DNA from: Anthoceros angustus
Taxonomy: Eukaryota; Plantae; Anthocerotophyta
Length of the DNA: 64,000 nucleotides
Assembly (NCBI GenBank): GCA_010909165.1
Contig: VJWM01000239.1
Coordinates: 1 to 64,000, forward strand
Reading direction: 5' to 3'
Each line of letters begins with the position of its first letter. The stretch's first letter is position 1. The position numbers were made by a program, and so were the translations under genes. Of this stretch, positions 47,731 through 60,953 are shown in pieces. Below the pieces are notes generated by a model. That model searched no databases. It was not told the origin of the DNA and saw only the letters and a program-made list of their open reading frames with translations.

Positions 47731-48300
47731 AGCGAAGCGAGCCTGAAATCGGCAATCGGCTCCCCTGATTCCAGGTCTCTACTCGACATCATCACCTCCC
47801 ACCTCTATAAACTGCTGGTCAAAGAGCTGCAGCGGAAGGGGAAAAATCCATCAGCTCCGCGGCTCAAGTTGGGAGTCCCTACTCAACACCACATGCTGAA
47901 AATTGCATGGAAGAGCGAGGGCATTGTGGAAAAACATAGGTTCACAATTTGGAAGATGTGGCAGGCTGCCCTTCCCAACTCGGACAGGTGGAATGGACAT
48001 TTCGAAGCTGTGGGAATCCCGCACTGCATCCTATGCGACCAGGCAGAGGAACACAAGAGTGAACATATTTGTTTCCGCTGCTCCTTTGCTACAGGTATTT
48101 GGAACGCTGTGGAAGCATGGCTCAGAAGAGCTCTTGCTTCCCCCTCCCTGGTAATCTCTGAAGCCTCTGCAGACCCTTTATGGAATTAACAATCTCACGA
48201 TGAGGGCCTTTTTTCAGCGTCAGTGGTGGCCTGTTATTTGGGCGGCTACCATCTAACACCTATGTAATCACTGGAGGTTTTGCAGACTGGTGATCGCCTG
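47725..48300 (+). mobile_element. 5'-truncated L1-like LINE fragment (zf-RVT domain)
   Basis: WKS...KHRFTIWKMWQAALPNSDR...CILCDQAEE..SEHICFRCSFATGIW matches the CCHC zinc finger at the end of plant LINE ORF2; 3' end uncertain. Confidence 0.8.
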
Positions 48301-48979
48301 CAACTCCTCTGTTCTGTATGGGAGACCACCTTATGGGGAGCCTCCAACATTCAGGCATGCCGTCCGCAACTTCTCACGCTGGAAGCTTGGCATAGGGCCG
48401 GGTTTACAGCCTGCATCAAACCTGTTCGATGGAATTACAACTGTTTGTTATAAATCCCACAAGCAGCAGGGATGGTGGGGGCTGCACCAGGCTCATGTGG
48501 CCTGGTCGGCATGTAAGGTCGCAGTTTTTTCAGGTCAGGCACGATGTCGGTCCTGTTGCCAGCCTCGGAGACCCGGCTGCCCTCCTGCTTTCGGATGCCC
48601 TAAGCTGGGCGGGGATGCAGGAGCTCTTTCGCCTTGGTGCCCCCCAGTGGAAAGGCGTTCTGTGGGGCTCGTTTTCTGGTACAGAGAGACCTGGACCTGG
48701 CCAATTATGGGCTCTGGGGGAGGTATGCCGAGATCCCGGACTCGGTCAGCCACAGCTAGACTAGGGTCTCTCCAGGTGGGATTGTTGTTGCGTGAGTGGA
48801 GGAGCTACAGGAGCTATTGCGGAACATCGCGTGCTGAAAATTCTAAATGATGCTGGAAACTTACTTATGTAACACGACGCTTGTCGAGATTAGATGAAAC
48901 GAAATTCTAAATGATGCTGGAAACACATTTCTATAGAACATGACGCTTGTCGAGATTAGATGAAACGAGGAGGCTACGA

Positions 48980-49258
48980 GGAACAAAGAGAGCGGGCTAC
49001 GCGGTATGAAATCTAAAAGGATTCTAAAAGGATAGAAATGTTTGAGGAATTATGATCATTTATATTTTAATATATGACAAAAGTTAATAAAACTAATCTA
49101 GAGGGGCCTACGTGGTATGAAATCTAAAAGGATGGAAATGTTTGAGGAATTATGATCATTTATATTTTAATATATGACAAAATTTAATAAAACTAATCTA
49201 GACTAATCAGTGGTTTCGTCTAGATTTCATACCGTGTAGTCCCTTCTCTTTGTTCTTC
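48980..49258. mobile_element. MITE-like element with terminal inverted repeats and an internal ~100-bp tandem duplication
   Basis: GAACAAAGAGAGCGGGCTACGCGGTATGAAATCTA versus reverse complement of TAGATTTCATACCGTGTAGTCCCTTCTCTTTGTTC. Confidence 0.6.
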
Positions 49259-49469
49259 CATCCCCTATTTCGTATTCTCCATGTCCTATTCACATGCATG
49301 AGCCAGAGAGGGTGGTGGAGTCAAAGTGTGTTCTTTTGGTCAAGAGTAGTAATAGACATATGAGTTATGGAAAACAAGTGATAAATGCAGCATACAGAAT
49401 TTGAGAAGTGCATCTTCCACAATGTCCATCATAGAAGTTTAACACTGTTAAAAGAACTATGATCATGGT

Positions 49470-49945
49470 CAATTCCTTGAGATCCTAGCACAGTGAGTTA
49501 ATGCAGCATGATCTGGAAAATAACATTCTACTATTATGTTAATAGGGTTAATGCATCAATTCCTTGAGATCCTAGCACAATGAGTTAATGCAGCATGATC
49601 TGGAAAATAGCATTATACGATTATGTTAGTAGGGTTAATGCAGCATGATCTGGAAAATAGCATTATACTATTATGTTAGTACGGTTAATGCAACATGATC
49701 TGGAAAATAGCATTATACTATTATGTTAGTACGGTTAATGCAGCATGATCTCGAAAATAACATTCTACTATTATGTTAGTAGGACTGTTTCTAATTCTAC
49801 TTGGTTACTCAATTTGAAAAGATGTTGTCAAGTCTTCCCATCAACAAGACAAATAGTTTGAATAGATGTTGTCAAGTCTTCTCATCAACAAGACAAATAG
49901 TTCGAATAGATGTAGTCAAGTCTTCCCATCAACAAGATAAATAGT
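49470..49945. repeat. Tandem repeats (~50-bp unit x5, then ~43-bp unit x3)
   Basis: TAATGCAGCATGATCTGGAAAATAGCATTATACTATTATGTTAGT and GATGTTGTCAAGTCTTCCCATCAACAAGACAAATAG units. Confidence 0.9.
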
Positions 49946-50137
49946 TCTTTTGAAATCTAAACTTGGGAAAGTCCCTGAAGATACTTTGGTCATTGAAGCT
50001 CAGCTACAACTTCATGACGTCAAAGGAATGTACCACTGCTTAGAAGACTCAACGATTTTGAGAGAGAGTCCTCTAAGGAGCTCTAAGGGACAATATAAGG
50101 AGCTCCATAGTTAGGATAAACAACAAATCCCGATAGT

Positions 50138-50276
50138 CACACTAACTCAAGGGACGTCACACCAACTCAAGGAACGTCACACCAACTCAAGGAACGTCAC
50201 ACCAACTCAAGGAACGTCACACCAACTCAAGGAACGTCACACCAACTCAAGGAACGTCACACCAACTCAAGGGACG
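50138..50276. repeat. 20-bp minisatellite (ACCAACTCAAGGAACGTCAC), ~7 copies
   Basis: Directly visible; no spacers between units. Confidence 0.95.
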
Positions 50277-50666
50277 CTTGATTACGGAGTTCCTACAACT
50301 CATGCCCTGTATGTATATCGAAGTTCTAGACGCTGATGCTAATTGATTCCCAGAGATGGAAGGTTCGGACTTCAACATGAGGGAGCTCCACCTATATACA
50401 GAAAAGTTGAAAACTAACTGCTTCCTGAATGCAGCTCGCTCCGTGGCCTACCGACATGAGAAATATGTGCACCTTCAGCGAAGGAGTCGGGGACTTTCGA
50501 GGCCAGCTCAAAGCGTTCAATACTCTAGACTTCTCAGGGAAGTTTGGAGCTCCCTTGCTGATATCTGCTCATCACGCAGCTCAACCCACTAAACTCTAAA
50601 TCTATGTATGTCATCTTGTTTGCGTTGGCCACCGCACTGCTTCTGGAAGTTGCAGCTTCTGGATCC

Positions 50667-52394
50667 CTAGAGCTTTCTGCAGATGGTCATGCCATCGCCG
50701 ATTGGGACCTGAGGGACGAAAGTACAGTAAGGACCAAACTGTGCAACTGCAGTGTCACTCACCAAGTCGTCTCTTACCATACTAATCGCCACTCGTCTAT
50801 CACACATGAGCTGTTGGTTGAAGTTACGTATGCATTGTGTTTTAAAGTCGGTCACCTGCCACCAGAACCGGGAACCACTGATCAGTGCCACAATTGAAGG
50901 CAGAAGACAGAAAATGCAGTGCACATGGAGCAAGTATGTACTCACCTGTGGGTTTGCTACTTTTCCATGCCACAGTACATTATCCACCACAATGAGACCC
51001 CCTGGTCTTACCTGGAAGAGGATACTAAAACCTCATCACAAACACAAACCGCAACGGATGCCTGTCATGTTGTAAGCGGAAAGAGTTTTTGGCAACTAGT
51101 AGTATACCAGTCGAAGCAGAAGTTCGTAGTATTGAGGGTAGTTTCGCTTGTCAGCATCTATGAAGGTGAAGTCATAGCTGGATGTCAAATGCACAGCAAA
51201 GTGAGCTATCGTCTACACAACAGGTACTCCATTAGGCCAAGGAATGCAGTGATACCTTTCGGCTTCTCCATCGTCCAACAGTTGCTGCAAGGTCTCAAGA
51301 GCAATACCACGCTTTACAACCACCTGCACTCCAAAGTTACCACCTTGAAGTTCTCCTGTGCAGAACACATTTAGCCTAAGAAAAAATGTGCGCCACTCAT
51401 ACCTTGTGAGCAACACCAGCCCTTTCGTAGTATCGCTGCGCCACTAACAGATGGATTTCACATCTTTCGCAGGCCACGAGCCGACCTGAATCAGGAAGAG
51501 CCAAGGCAACGGCCAGAGATGAATATCCCTGCATGATATGTAACCCATTCCACAGATAGTTTACAAACAGGGCATCACACAAAGTGCAATCCAAGTGGGA
51601 GAGCAATTTGGAGCAGACAATCAAAAGTTGAACTTACAGTGAACACCCCGACCTCAATGCACCGCTGGGCACCCATTATTTGAACCAGCATAGCTAGCAG
51701 CTGAGCTTGTTCTGGAGACACCTGACACAAACAGAGAGACAGCGTAAGCTAGGGCATACAGAGATGATCAGAGGTCCCGGTACCGAGTTCAACCAAACTA
51801 CCTGCATGTGCGAACCAACGTATGTGGATGTCTCCCCACGCAGTTCTTGCAGGACCTGCAGTCAAGTTGACCTCTCAGACAAATTGTAGCTAGTACAAGC
51901 TCTGGTGTCAACGATGAAGGATACTGCAAATCTTCACTCTCGAACAATGTGGCCGTGGAACCAGCCGAAGGGGCACAGAGGTGAAAACTCACCTCCGGCT
52001 CCCGAGTGTGTGCCAACATGTACTCGTACAAGGCATCCGTGACTTGCACGACCTCCTTGCCCCCGTAGGTGACATCGTTGGCCACTGGAGCATTGGCTAC
52101 TTCACATGCAGATATGCCTCGCCGCTGCAGGGATCCAGTGGCAACACCTACTCTCCACCTTCTCCAGATCTCACACCTACTAAACCCCGATATCCCATCT
52201 GCTCGCAAGCCCACGGACGACGTCCCACAGGAATGTCCCTCCCAAGAAGAGAAGGACCTACACCACAACCTGAGCCGCCTGCTGGAATCCCCAACCTTCT
52301 CTGCAGACTCACAAACTCCTCTGATGAAGCACGATGAGAAGGAGGCTGGAACCGACTGCGAGCACCTGGAAACCAGCTGATGGCAGCAGGCCAT
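50667..52394 (-). CDS. SAM-dependent O-methyltransferase family 3 (CCoAOMT-like) with N-terminal targeting extension, multi-exon
   Basis: Exons LYEYMLAHTREPE, GYSSLAVALALPDSGRLVACER, DFTFIDADK, VDNVLWHGKVANP, IRNFNQQLMCDRRVAISM, VPIGDGMTICRKL. Confidence 0.9.
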
Positions 52395-52623
52395 GAATAT
52401 GCAGTGAACCCCTCCAAAACCCAGAACCCCGGCGCACTTCCGAGAAGGGCCACTGAAAAAGGCACCACCCTTTTCACGACAGGTGAAGAGTGCGTGTTGC
52501 CAACTCCGCATGTGGCGCTGCTTCCGGCCACCCCAAACTCCCGGCAACGCTCGACTCCGCGCGGCCGGTCTCGGCTGCTCTGCTTCCGGTTCGCTCCGCT
52601 GCGCTGCTTCAAATGAGACAGCT

Positions 52624-53947
52624 ATGTCTGCGCACTGCTCCGCCCCAAGCTGCCACTCCACAGCTCTGAGGTACTCTGGCTTGAAAACCTGCCTTCTATG
52701 CCCAATTCCCGTGCACCAAAGCCGGATGACACCGCGTCGCATTCAGGTCGTGCAAGGTGTTGGGTCCTCCATCCCCAGCGCCATCCAGGCTACAAGCAAG
52801 AGCACGAGAGACTGTCGGAAGTCCCGAGACGCGAGGAGTGAGCACAACAACGGCAGCCCAAGGACTCTTCACCCTGCGAAGGAGGGACCTCCTGTCCGCC
52901 AGCGTTGCATCTGTACATTCTCTGTTCGGCCCTCCTCCGGCTGCCTCCGGTTGGTGATGCTGTGCGAACCTGTCGCTTTGCCTTGTCTCCCCTTCCTTCT
53001 CTGGAACATGGATTTCCGTCTCCCATTCATGTCTCTGCAACATGATTTCTACAATGAAACAGGAGCTCCTGTCCAGCCCAAGGATGCCCCAGCTGGAAAG
53101 CCTGCGGAGGAGGCGGAATTCGGCTTCGACGGGCTTGGAAAACGGATGACTGAATATGCAACAGGGAAGATCGTTGCTCTAGCTCAAGCGGGCGATGGGG
53201 CAGTTCTTTTTCTGGGGTCAGGATCCGCCATCTGCAAATGCTGACCCACAATTCTGCACATCCAGCTGCCCCCTTGCTTCACATATTGACGTGCACTGGG
53301 TTCCAGGGTGGACGGTTTCGAGCTCCCCTTGCGAATGGTTGTGGGAGCAGCCGAAGCCATGGCCGTGCTGGCGGCAGCTCAAGCGAGGAGGAGCCACAGG
53401 CCGGTGACCCACGAAGCGTGGAGCTCCTCCCTGGCTGCTGCAGGCTGGAAGGTGCAAAGACAGTATGTGCACGTCTCTCCTCTATGCTGTTTCTGGGTGG
53501 TGGGATGCGAGCCGGTCTCAGGCTCCGGTGACACTTGCGTTGTTGCAGGTGGACAGAGTCATGATCACTGCGCTGGAACGAGATGTGTTCTACAGTCGGC
53601 TCATCATATCTCTGGACGCTGCCGCATCCTCCGGGTTCGGGATGTCTCTCAAGGTGGATGACTTCCCAGAAAGCTGGCGGTTGCGGAGCGTGGACATGCG
53701 GCCATCTGATGGCATCGCCCTGGCTCTCCGCTGCCGAGCACCGCTGTTTGTGTGCAAGCAGCTGGTGGAGGATGTGCTGGGGCCTCCCGGGGCCCGGGAC
53801 CCCGCTGCAGATCCCCTCACCAGACCGGGCTTGCAAGCCGATTGGGATAGTGCTATGTACATCCCGCAGAGTGTGTCTTCCTCTGAACCGCAGGGAGGAC
53901 ACACCTCCCTTTCCCAATTCACTCTCTTTGACAGTGAGGAATTCTAA
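52624..53947 (+). CDS. Bifunctional nuclease (DUF151/BFN) domain protein, multi-exon
   Basis: LRMVVGAAEAMAV, RPVTHE, VDRVMITALERDVFYSRL, DMRPSDGIALALRCRAPLFV motifs; start codon tentative. Confidence 0.85.
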
Positions 53948-54441
53948 CGTCTCGGTGGGTAGGTGTTTAGCGGTCTTCTCAATGGCCACGGATCCAGGCT
54001 TTCTAGTCCATCCTCTTGGACTCCTCCATCCCTAGGTCTACGAGAACTCGGCACTCTTGGACTCCTCCATCCCTAGGTCTACGAAGCCGAGCTTCGGTCT
54101 TGGTTGGATCTCCGGTCACCGCTATGTAAAGTTGGGGAAGACACTGGTGCCTACATCCCGCTGTTCGCGACTCAAATGCTTAAATACAGAACTTCTTTCG
54201 CACAACCCAACTTGTACCAAGGGCATCCACTCCCTCCAGGCACCCCATCTAAGTACCAATCTAAGTGCAGATGCTTACTAACGGCATGAAATCAAAAAAT
54301 AGATGTAGATTGAACGCGAAATTGGATCTCAATTATAATCCTCTGCTAGTGTGTGAGGATTGACAGGCTAGTGAAAAGTGGTTAGCTTAGTACCAAGTCC
54401 CATAACTGGAAAAATTCCATCCCAAGTGGACTATAACACAA

Positions 54442-54544
54442 TTCTTCTTCTTCTTCTTCTTCTTCTTCTTCTTCTTCTTCTTCTTCTTCTTCTTCTTCTT
54501 CTTCTTCTTCTTCTTCTTCTTCTTCTTCTTCTTCGTCTTCTTCT
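54442..54544. repeat. (TTC)n microsatellite, ~33 units
   Basis: Directly visible. Confidence 0.97.
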
Positions 54545-55179
54545 AGATGTTGTGATCTTTATTCATTCAAATCTTCCTCCACATAGAAGGAGGGATAAGA
54601 TATTTATATATATATGATGGATATCCAAAGAAAAACATAAAAAATATTTATATAAATAACTAATATTAAAAAATAGAAATATTTTTTATAAAATGTATAT
54701 ATCGACATCCAAGGAGGAAAGAAAAAAACAGTGATCGTGCTCCACGTGGAGAGACATCTAGACATGGGTCCATAAAATAATATACTAATCGAAGTCCAAG
54801 ATCCAAGGAAGGAAGCTTAAAACCGTTCTATATATGTTTGTGATACCTACACATTCTTCCAATAGATTGTGTGCATTATAAACCGTTTTGCACAAGCTGT
54901 CCTCTAGGAAAAGAAGTTGCTTCTTCCAGAGCTGGTCCAGTACTGGTGGACCCGTGGATCAGGAAAAGGTGAGGGTATAAAATCGTTACACTTCTGCCAT
55001 TTCGCATACGACGGTTGGGATATTCCCCCCATATCCTTGTCGTGTGGCTGTCAAAACCGGCGCCGCAACTTCCCCCAGGGGAACTGCTGCCGTGATTCTC
55101 CAGGCATCTGGCACAATACGCTGTCGGATTCCAGCATCCATTGCAGCAGGTGCTGGTGCTGTTCTCATCGGCCGCAGCC

Positions 55180-56751
55180 ATGGCAGGCCCGATAAGAAGC
55201 TCGGGCGCAGCCGTGGGCCTCACATCGACCGCCGCTCATTCTTCTCTGTTGTCTCCTTGTGACAGTCTCGGGGTTCAGCGGCGTAGCGTGGTGAGCTTGA
55301 GGCGTGCCGGAGATCCTTCTTCTGGTGAGTTTGATCTCAGAGTGAGCGGCATGTTCTTCCGAAGCTTGCCTATTGAGGGAATTGAATTGTGCTGACGCTT
55401 CTTCTTGCAGGTCCGATGGGACTTCAGGCTGCACTCGTGGAATCGGAAGGTGTGGAGGAGGTCGTGGTCTCCAAGTACGAGGCTCTGTTGCGGGCCTCAG
55501 CCGCGGGTTCGAACCTTCCCGGGAACAGGGACTTGAGGCTGGAGAGGAGCAGTCCCTGGAATCCGGCCAACTTGCTCTTCACCACGGACTACGACAACAC
55601 TTGCACTGTGGAGGACTCCTGTCAGCTTCTGGTCTGGGCCAAGGAGCATTCCGCGGACGTTTCGGACAACACGATGGCGAAGGCGTATGATGACCTGTGG
55701 GAGGAGTATGAGAAGATGATCAAGGATAATGCTGCGTCGGGAGGGGATGCGGACGGGGGGGAGCCGAGCACTAGCTATGGTTTAGCTACGGGGATTGATC
55801 CCCGGCTGGAGTTGGCGGTTCAAGGCTTCTCTGTGGCTCGGCAACAATTTGGTAGTAGGAGCATGCGGGAAGCACTGAAGCGTGTGGCGACTGTGGAGTA
55901 TGTCATGAATGATGTAAGGAGGTTCACCGTGCTGGGAAGTCATTTCCTGTTTGGTGCTGTGATGGTTGCTGGCTAGTCAGGTGCTCATGGAAGACGGATT
56001 TGTGTGATGCTGTGCAGAAAGTCATGACAACAGGGTTTTTGAGAGGTTTAAGGAAGGAGGCCATTCTTGCTGCTGGAAAGCGGATCGATTTTCAGACTCA
56101 TTGCCCGAGCGTGCTTTCCAGATTGGCAGCTCTAGGAACAACAGTCCATGTCATCTCTGCCAACTGGTCCAGGGCTCTGGTTTACGGAGGACTGTCTTTC
56201 TTGCCTGGTGAGCATGCTGTTTTCAGCTATGGCCGTTTTTCCATCATGGTGCCAAATGTAAGTCCTAACCTTGCACAATCCTTCCTGCAGAAGAGCGATT
56301 GCTCGTTCACAGCAACGAGTTAGAATTCGATGATGCTGGATACACCACCGGATACTTCCAAAACCTAGTTACAAATGCGTTCGACAAGGAGAGAGTGCAA
56401 CAAGCCTTGAGAAAGATGATGCGGACGGAGGAGGAGAAGATGGTGGTGTACTTGGGGGACGCCCCGACGGACTTGTTGGCCCTGTTAGATGCAGATCTTG
56501 GCATCGTCATGGGCCAGAGAGCTGCTCTTCGAAGCCTATTGGATCAAAACGGTATCCAGCTGAGGCCTCTGGGAGAAGCTGCCGCCCTTTTGGCAACCGG
56601 TCAACTAACGAGCTTCCGACAGTCTGGGTTCCTGTTCCAGGCCACCGGCTGGGAGGATGTGGAGGCGTGCTTGTTTGGAGCTGAGCTGGAGCTCGATTTT
56701 CTTCCCAGTCTTGACATGCCTATGGCTCATCAAATTAGAGTTGTAGGATGA
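55180..56751 (+). CDS. HAD-superfamily phosphatase resembling the C-terminal domain of TH2 thiamine-monophosphate phosphatase (4 exons)
   Basis: HAD motif I TDYDNTCTVEDS, motif II VISANW, motif IV YLGDAPTDLLALLDADLGIV; Ser/Arg-rich N-terminus. Confidence 0.8.
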
Positions 56752-57670
56752 CTGGTGTACGATGAGACGAAATTAGAGTTGTAGGACAAGATCACAGGGT
56801 GATTCCGGTGCCATTTGCCTCTGGAATTGAAAACCTGCTATATTCTTAACATTCTTACCAACGTGAATAATCCACTCAGCAGTGTGAATTACCTTGTCTG
56901 TTTGGGTGGCCTCCTCTGGCATTTCCCCTTATCAAATTGTTGGCATTTCCACCATTTCTCGTACTTTGAACCGTTTGAACCATATCCATGGAACCGTTCG
57001 AGTGTCCATGTCCGCTGACACAAGCGAAAAAGTGGCAGATCCACTTTTTCGCTTGTGTCTTCTAAAAGCATGGAGGTTGGTCTCCCGAATTTTGGGCGGT
57101 ACGCATGAAACCATGAAACATTCTGAGAAGCAGAGGGTAGATCCGTGTGTGGCTTGGATTATTGCGAGGACTTCTATGTGTTAACTCTTCTTGATGTAGC
57201 CATGTCCAACGGCCAGGGCCTCCTACTCGAGAAAATCTTCGAAAGGATGTGAGGAATTGGCGTCATGAAGTGTGAGGCCTTTCGCATGGCTGAAAACTTT
57301 CGTATGCCTGAACAAAGTCTTTCCAGAAGATCCCAGCTCGCATGCCCTCGGTGCAAGTAGCTTGGGCACGCCATATTCTTCATTCTTTATGTATTGGGAG
57401 CATGGCTGGTCCCACCCAGCTCGCATATTGGGAGCATGGCACGTCCCACCCAGCTCGCACTTGCAGTTGAGGTTCATGCAAGGAAGAAGAAGAACCACGA
57501 GGATGCCGCATGTGGACACCGGCGGATGGATCTGGTCTGGTTGTGGACCTCCATTCAGGAAGGGAATGAGTCTGAAGGTCACATGCATGCATATGTGGTT
57601 GAGGATGACTTTAATCAGGTATTTCCTTTCAAGGTAAAACCACAAAAACCATCCCGAGTAAAGGTAGACG

Positions 57671-57741
57671 TGCACCGGCCGGGAATCGAACCCGGGTCTG
57701 TACCGTGGCAGGGTACTATTCTACCACTAGACCACCGGTGC
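57671..57741 (-). tRNA. trnG-GCC: tRNA-Gly(GCC)
   Basis: GCACCGGTGGTCTAGTGGTAGAATAGTACCCTGCCACGGTACAGACCCGGGTTCGATTCCCGGCCGGTGCA: canonical 71-nt cloverleaf with GCC anticodon. Confidence 0.97.
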
Positions 57742-57879
57742 CTTCTGTGCTCACCGCTTCTGCAAGCTTAATTATCATTATTAACTTGAGCTGCTACGAC
57801 CCCAGCTCGGGGTTCGCACGCCTGCTTCTTTGGTGCTGACCATGAGCTTGATTTTCTGCCAAGTCTTCACTGCTTATGG

Positions 57880-58392
57880 TGTCCAAATGGCTTAGGCCAA
57901 ATGGACAAACATTTATAAGAACGCTGTGATTAAGCATCCTGAGCTTAAATCGGTACCTGAAGGCAGTGGATGCCTTGGTGCAGGTAGCTGAGCTTAGATC
58001 GGTACTTAGATGGGGTGCCTGAAGGGAGTGGATGCCCTTGGTGCAAGTAGCTTAGAATGGCTTAGGCCAAATGGACAAACATTTATAAGAACATTGTGAT
58101 TAAGCATCTTGAGCTTAGATCGGTACTTAGATAGGGTGCCTGAAGAGAGTGGATGCCTTTGGTGCAAGTAGTTTAGGCACACCATGGTACAAGTTGTTAA
58201 GTACCAAGTCCCATGACGGAAATCCGTCCTTTGTAGACTTAAATAAAATTCTTCTTCTTCTTATGTACCAACTAGCTCCTACACGGGATTCAGGTCATTG
58301 TTAGAATCCGTCCTTAGTAGACTTAAATAAAATTCTTCTTCTTCTTCTTATGTGCCAACTAGCTCCTACACGGGATTCAGGTCATTGTTAGA
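57880..58392. repeat. Local tandem duplications (~170-bp and ~88-bp units)
   Basis: AATGGCTTAGGCCAAATGGACAAACATTTATAAGAAC twice; AATCCGTCCTT...GGTCATTGTTAG twice. Confidence 0.8.
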
Positions 58393-60953
58393 GATTTTGC
58401 TATGAGCTACATGAGTAGATAGATGTCCTTGGAAAGAAGGCCAAGGCTAAGTAGATGGCCAATGGCCTATCAGGTTAAGTACGAATAACCTCACTACCAA
58501 GAGTATATAACTTAGACTCTGTAGTACTTAAGACATACAAGCACCTAAATAGCTTGTAGACAGCTTTGCTGTTGTCCGAAGGTGTCGCGTGTAATCCCTT
58601 TGGAAGATAATGGCCAGCGGGTGCCCTGCTTGTCACATACACACATACACAAATTGCAGATTAGTGAGGCCTCCTGATGTTCCAAGCTCTGCAATCCCTG
58701 ATGGGCAATGTGCGATTATTAGCCCCAAGGTTAGCAACATCCAACAAAGGATTTGTTAGGATACATCAGCATCCGGAGACCTTGCCCCTGAAATTACAAA
58801 ATACGGCAGCATTGAATCTACACTTTAGAGGATTCAGGTCGATTTGACGATGTTTACAGGAGAGCGAAATGCTCTGAGGGATCGTGTCTTCGAAGAAACC
58901 AAAATGTGTCTGCCAGGGTGTTTCTAGTGCCATTTGCCTCTAGAATTAGAGTCGAGGGATTCGAGATTAAAAAAAATCCCTGAACACTGTGAATTTCATC
59001 ATTGTGAATTACTTGAAGTCTCCAACAACGTTTGCACTGTTGCAGGGCCTGTTTCTTACCTTTGAAAGTCTTTCTATCCCGGTTGTCAAGGAAATCCTAT
59101 GAAGAAAAAATCGATCCAATGATGTTCATAAGAGAGCCAAATGCTATACGAGATCGAGGTCTTTCGAAAAGATGGATTTACCAGAGAGATGGCCACAAGC
59201 AGGCACAGCGCAATACCGGCCCATTTGAGAGCAGCAGCCATTCCAACTGTACCACGGATGTTAGAAGTCTCACAGGATTGCAGAGCTGTTGCTGCGTATG
59301 TATTCAGTTGAACAGGCTAGGTTGACATGTGGACCTACATTGAGGAACGAAATGAGTATGATGAATGTGCTTATGCTTCCATGTCATGTCGTTTGGCACT
59401 GGATGGCCCGTTTCGCTATCATTTCTCTCCTGCTTATGTATGCGGATGTTATGGATTGGGTCGGCTTCTATCTGGTCTTTTTAAAGATAGAGAAAGGACA
59501 GAGTATTTGGCCCGGTGTCGTTAAAAGCAGGTCAATAAAATAAAAAGTATATTTAACTTTCCGTTTTAGAAGAACAGAGCCTACAAACGCGAACTTCCCA
59601 AATTAAACTTGGGGTCAAAAATGGTGACTCCAAGGTAAGTCCTTGATAATAGAATTTACCCACGTTATTGTAGTCCCTAGAACTGAACCTCATCATCTTT
59701 GTCTCGCGAAGATTAGCAGAAAGACCCTTGACAATGTAAAAGTCCGAGAGCACACATCAAGTTGCAGCAAACCTTTAACGGTGTAGGAGAAAAGGACAAT
59801 ATCATTAACATAAAGTAGGACAATATCATCAACATAAAGTAGGATTGGAATACTGAAAGTAGGATCGGAATACTGAAAGTAGGATCAGAATATTGTTAAG
59901 GAACAAATGGGCACTGCAATCATTAAACACCGGTGCATCCTTCTGCCATTGCACACAATTAATTGCAGTGCTAAAAGAAATTCAGTTGTAGTGGTGAAGG
60001 ATTATTGAAAGCTTTGGAAAGGAGCACATTTGAAGATCAGAGTTTCAAGCAAAGCTCACTTGGCAATGCTTTCAAGGCGATTGCACGTGAGCTAAATATC
60101 CCACTTGCTTAGAGTTTCAAGCAAAGCTCACTTGGCAATGCTTTCAAGGAGATTGCACGTGAGCTAAATATCCCACTTGCTTGGGTGTGACTGTTACACA
60201 TGTATCCATACATGTGAAGAACTGAAGAAGCTACCTCACCTACACTCCAGAGATTCAAATGCTTCCAACTTCCGATGGTTAAGACAGAGTGAAAGCACTT
60301 AGGCTGTCTTTGTAGGGTTCGACCCTGTACTGATCGTCCATGGTTGGTATAGCACGACGAACTAGCTACCATGGTATAACACGACGAACTAGCTAGCTCC
60401 TGGGACGTCAGTCTTCTTCTGGAGGAGAGATTTATGTGAGAATTAGATTTCGAAGTGGCCCAAATGATAAGGAGCGTACAGTCTGTCGAGACAATACTCA
60501 ATGAGCCAAGATACCTCTAGACTCCGAGGAGCTTAGGAAATCCTCCAACCACAATGCTAGATACTCGACAATACTCAATGAGCCAAGATACCTCTCCGAG
60601 GAGCTTAGGAAATCCTCCAACCACAATGCTAGATATCATCAACAGGTATGATAGCCATGCAGTCGAGCGAAGAACATACTGAACGCATTTGATTACTTCT
60701 TCGCACCAACCTGGACTTGGCAGGTGTCCTACGTCACTCAACTGCACGTTGAGCTGGGCGAACAAAAGCATGATTTCAAAGCCCATGAAGTTCATGGCTT
60801 CACGTTTATTCCTATGGCTGAAGTCTTTTCTGGAGAACAAAAGCCACTCGACATTCAGGTCTTTCAATCTACCAAGACACTTGATCTATCCCGCATGAAA
60901 GAAAACCTGCCGCCCTACTACGGGCTCTAAGCCTTTGGCTCAGCATAAAACAT

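Noticed and set aside
50138-50276. CRISPR-like regular repeat
   Set aside because: Head-to-tail 20-bp units with no unique spacers and no cas genes, in a eukaryotic context: a minisatellite
54378-54617. Poly-leucine ORF
   Set aside because: Translation of the (CTT)n microsatellite
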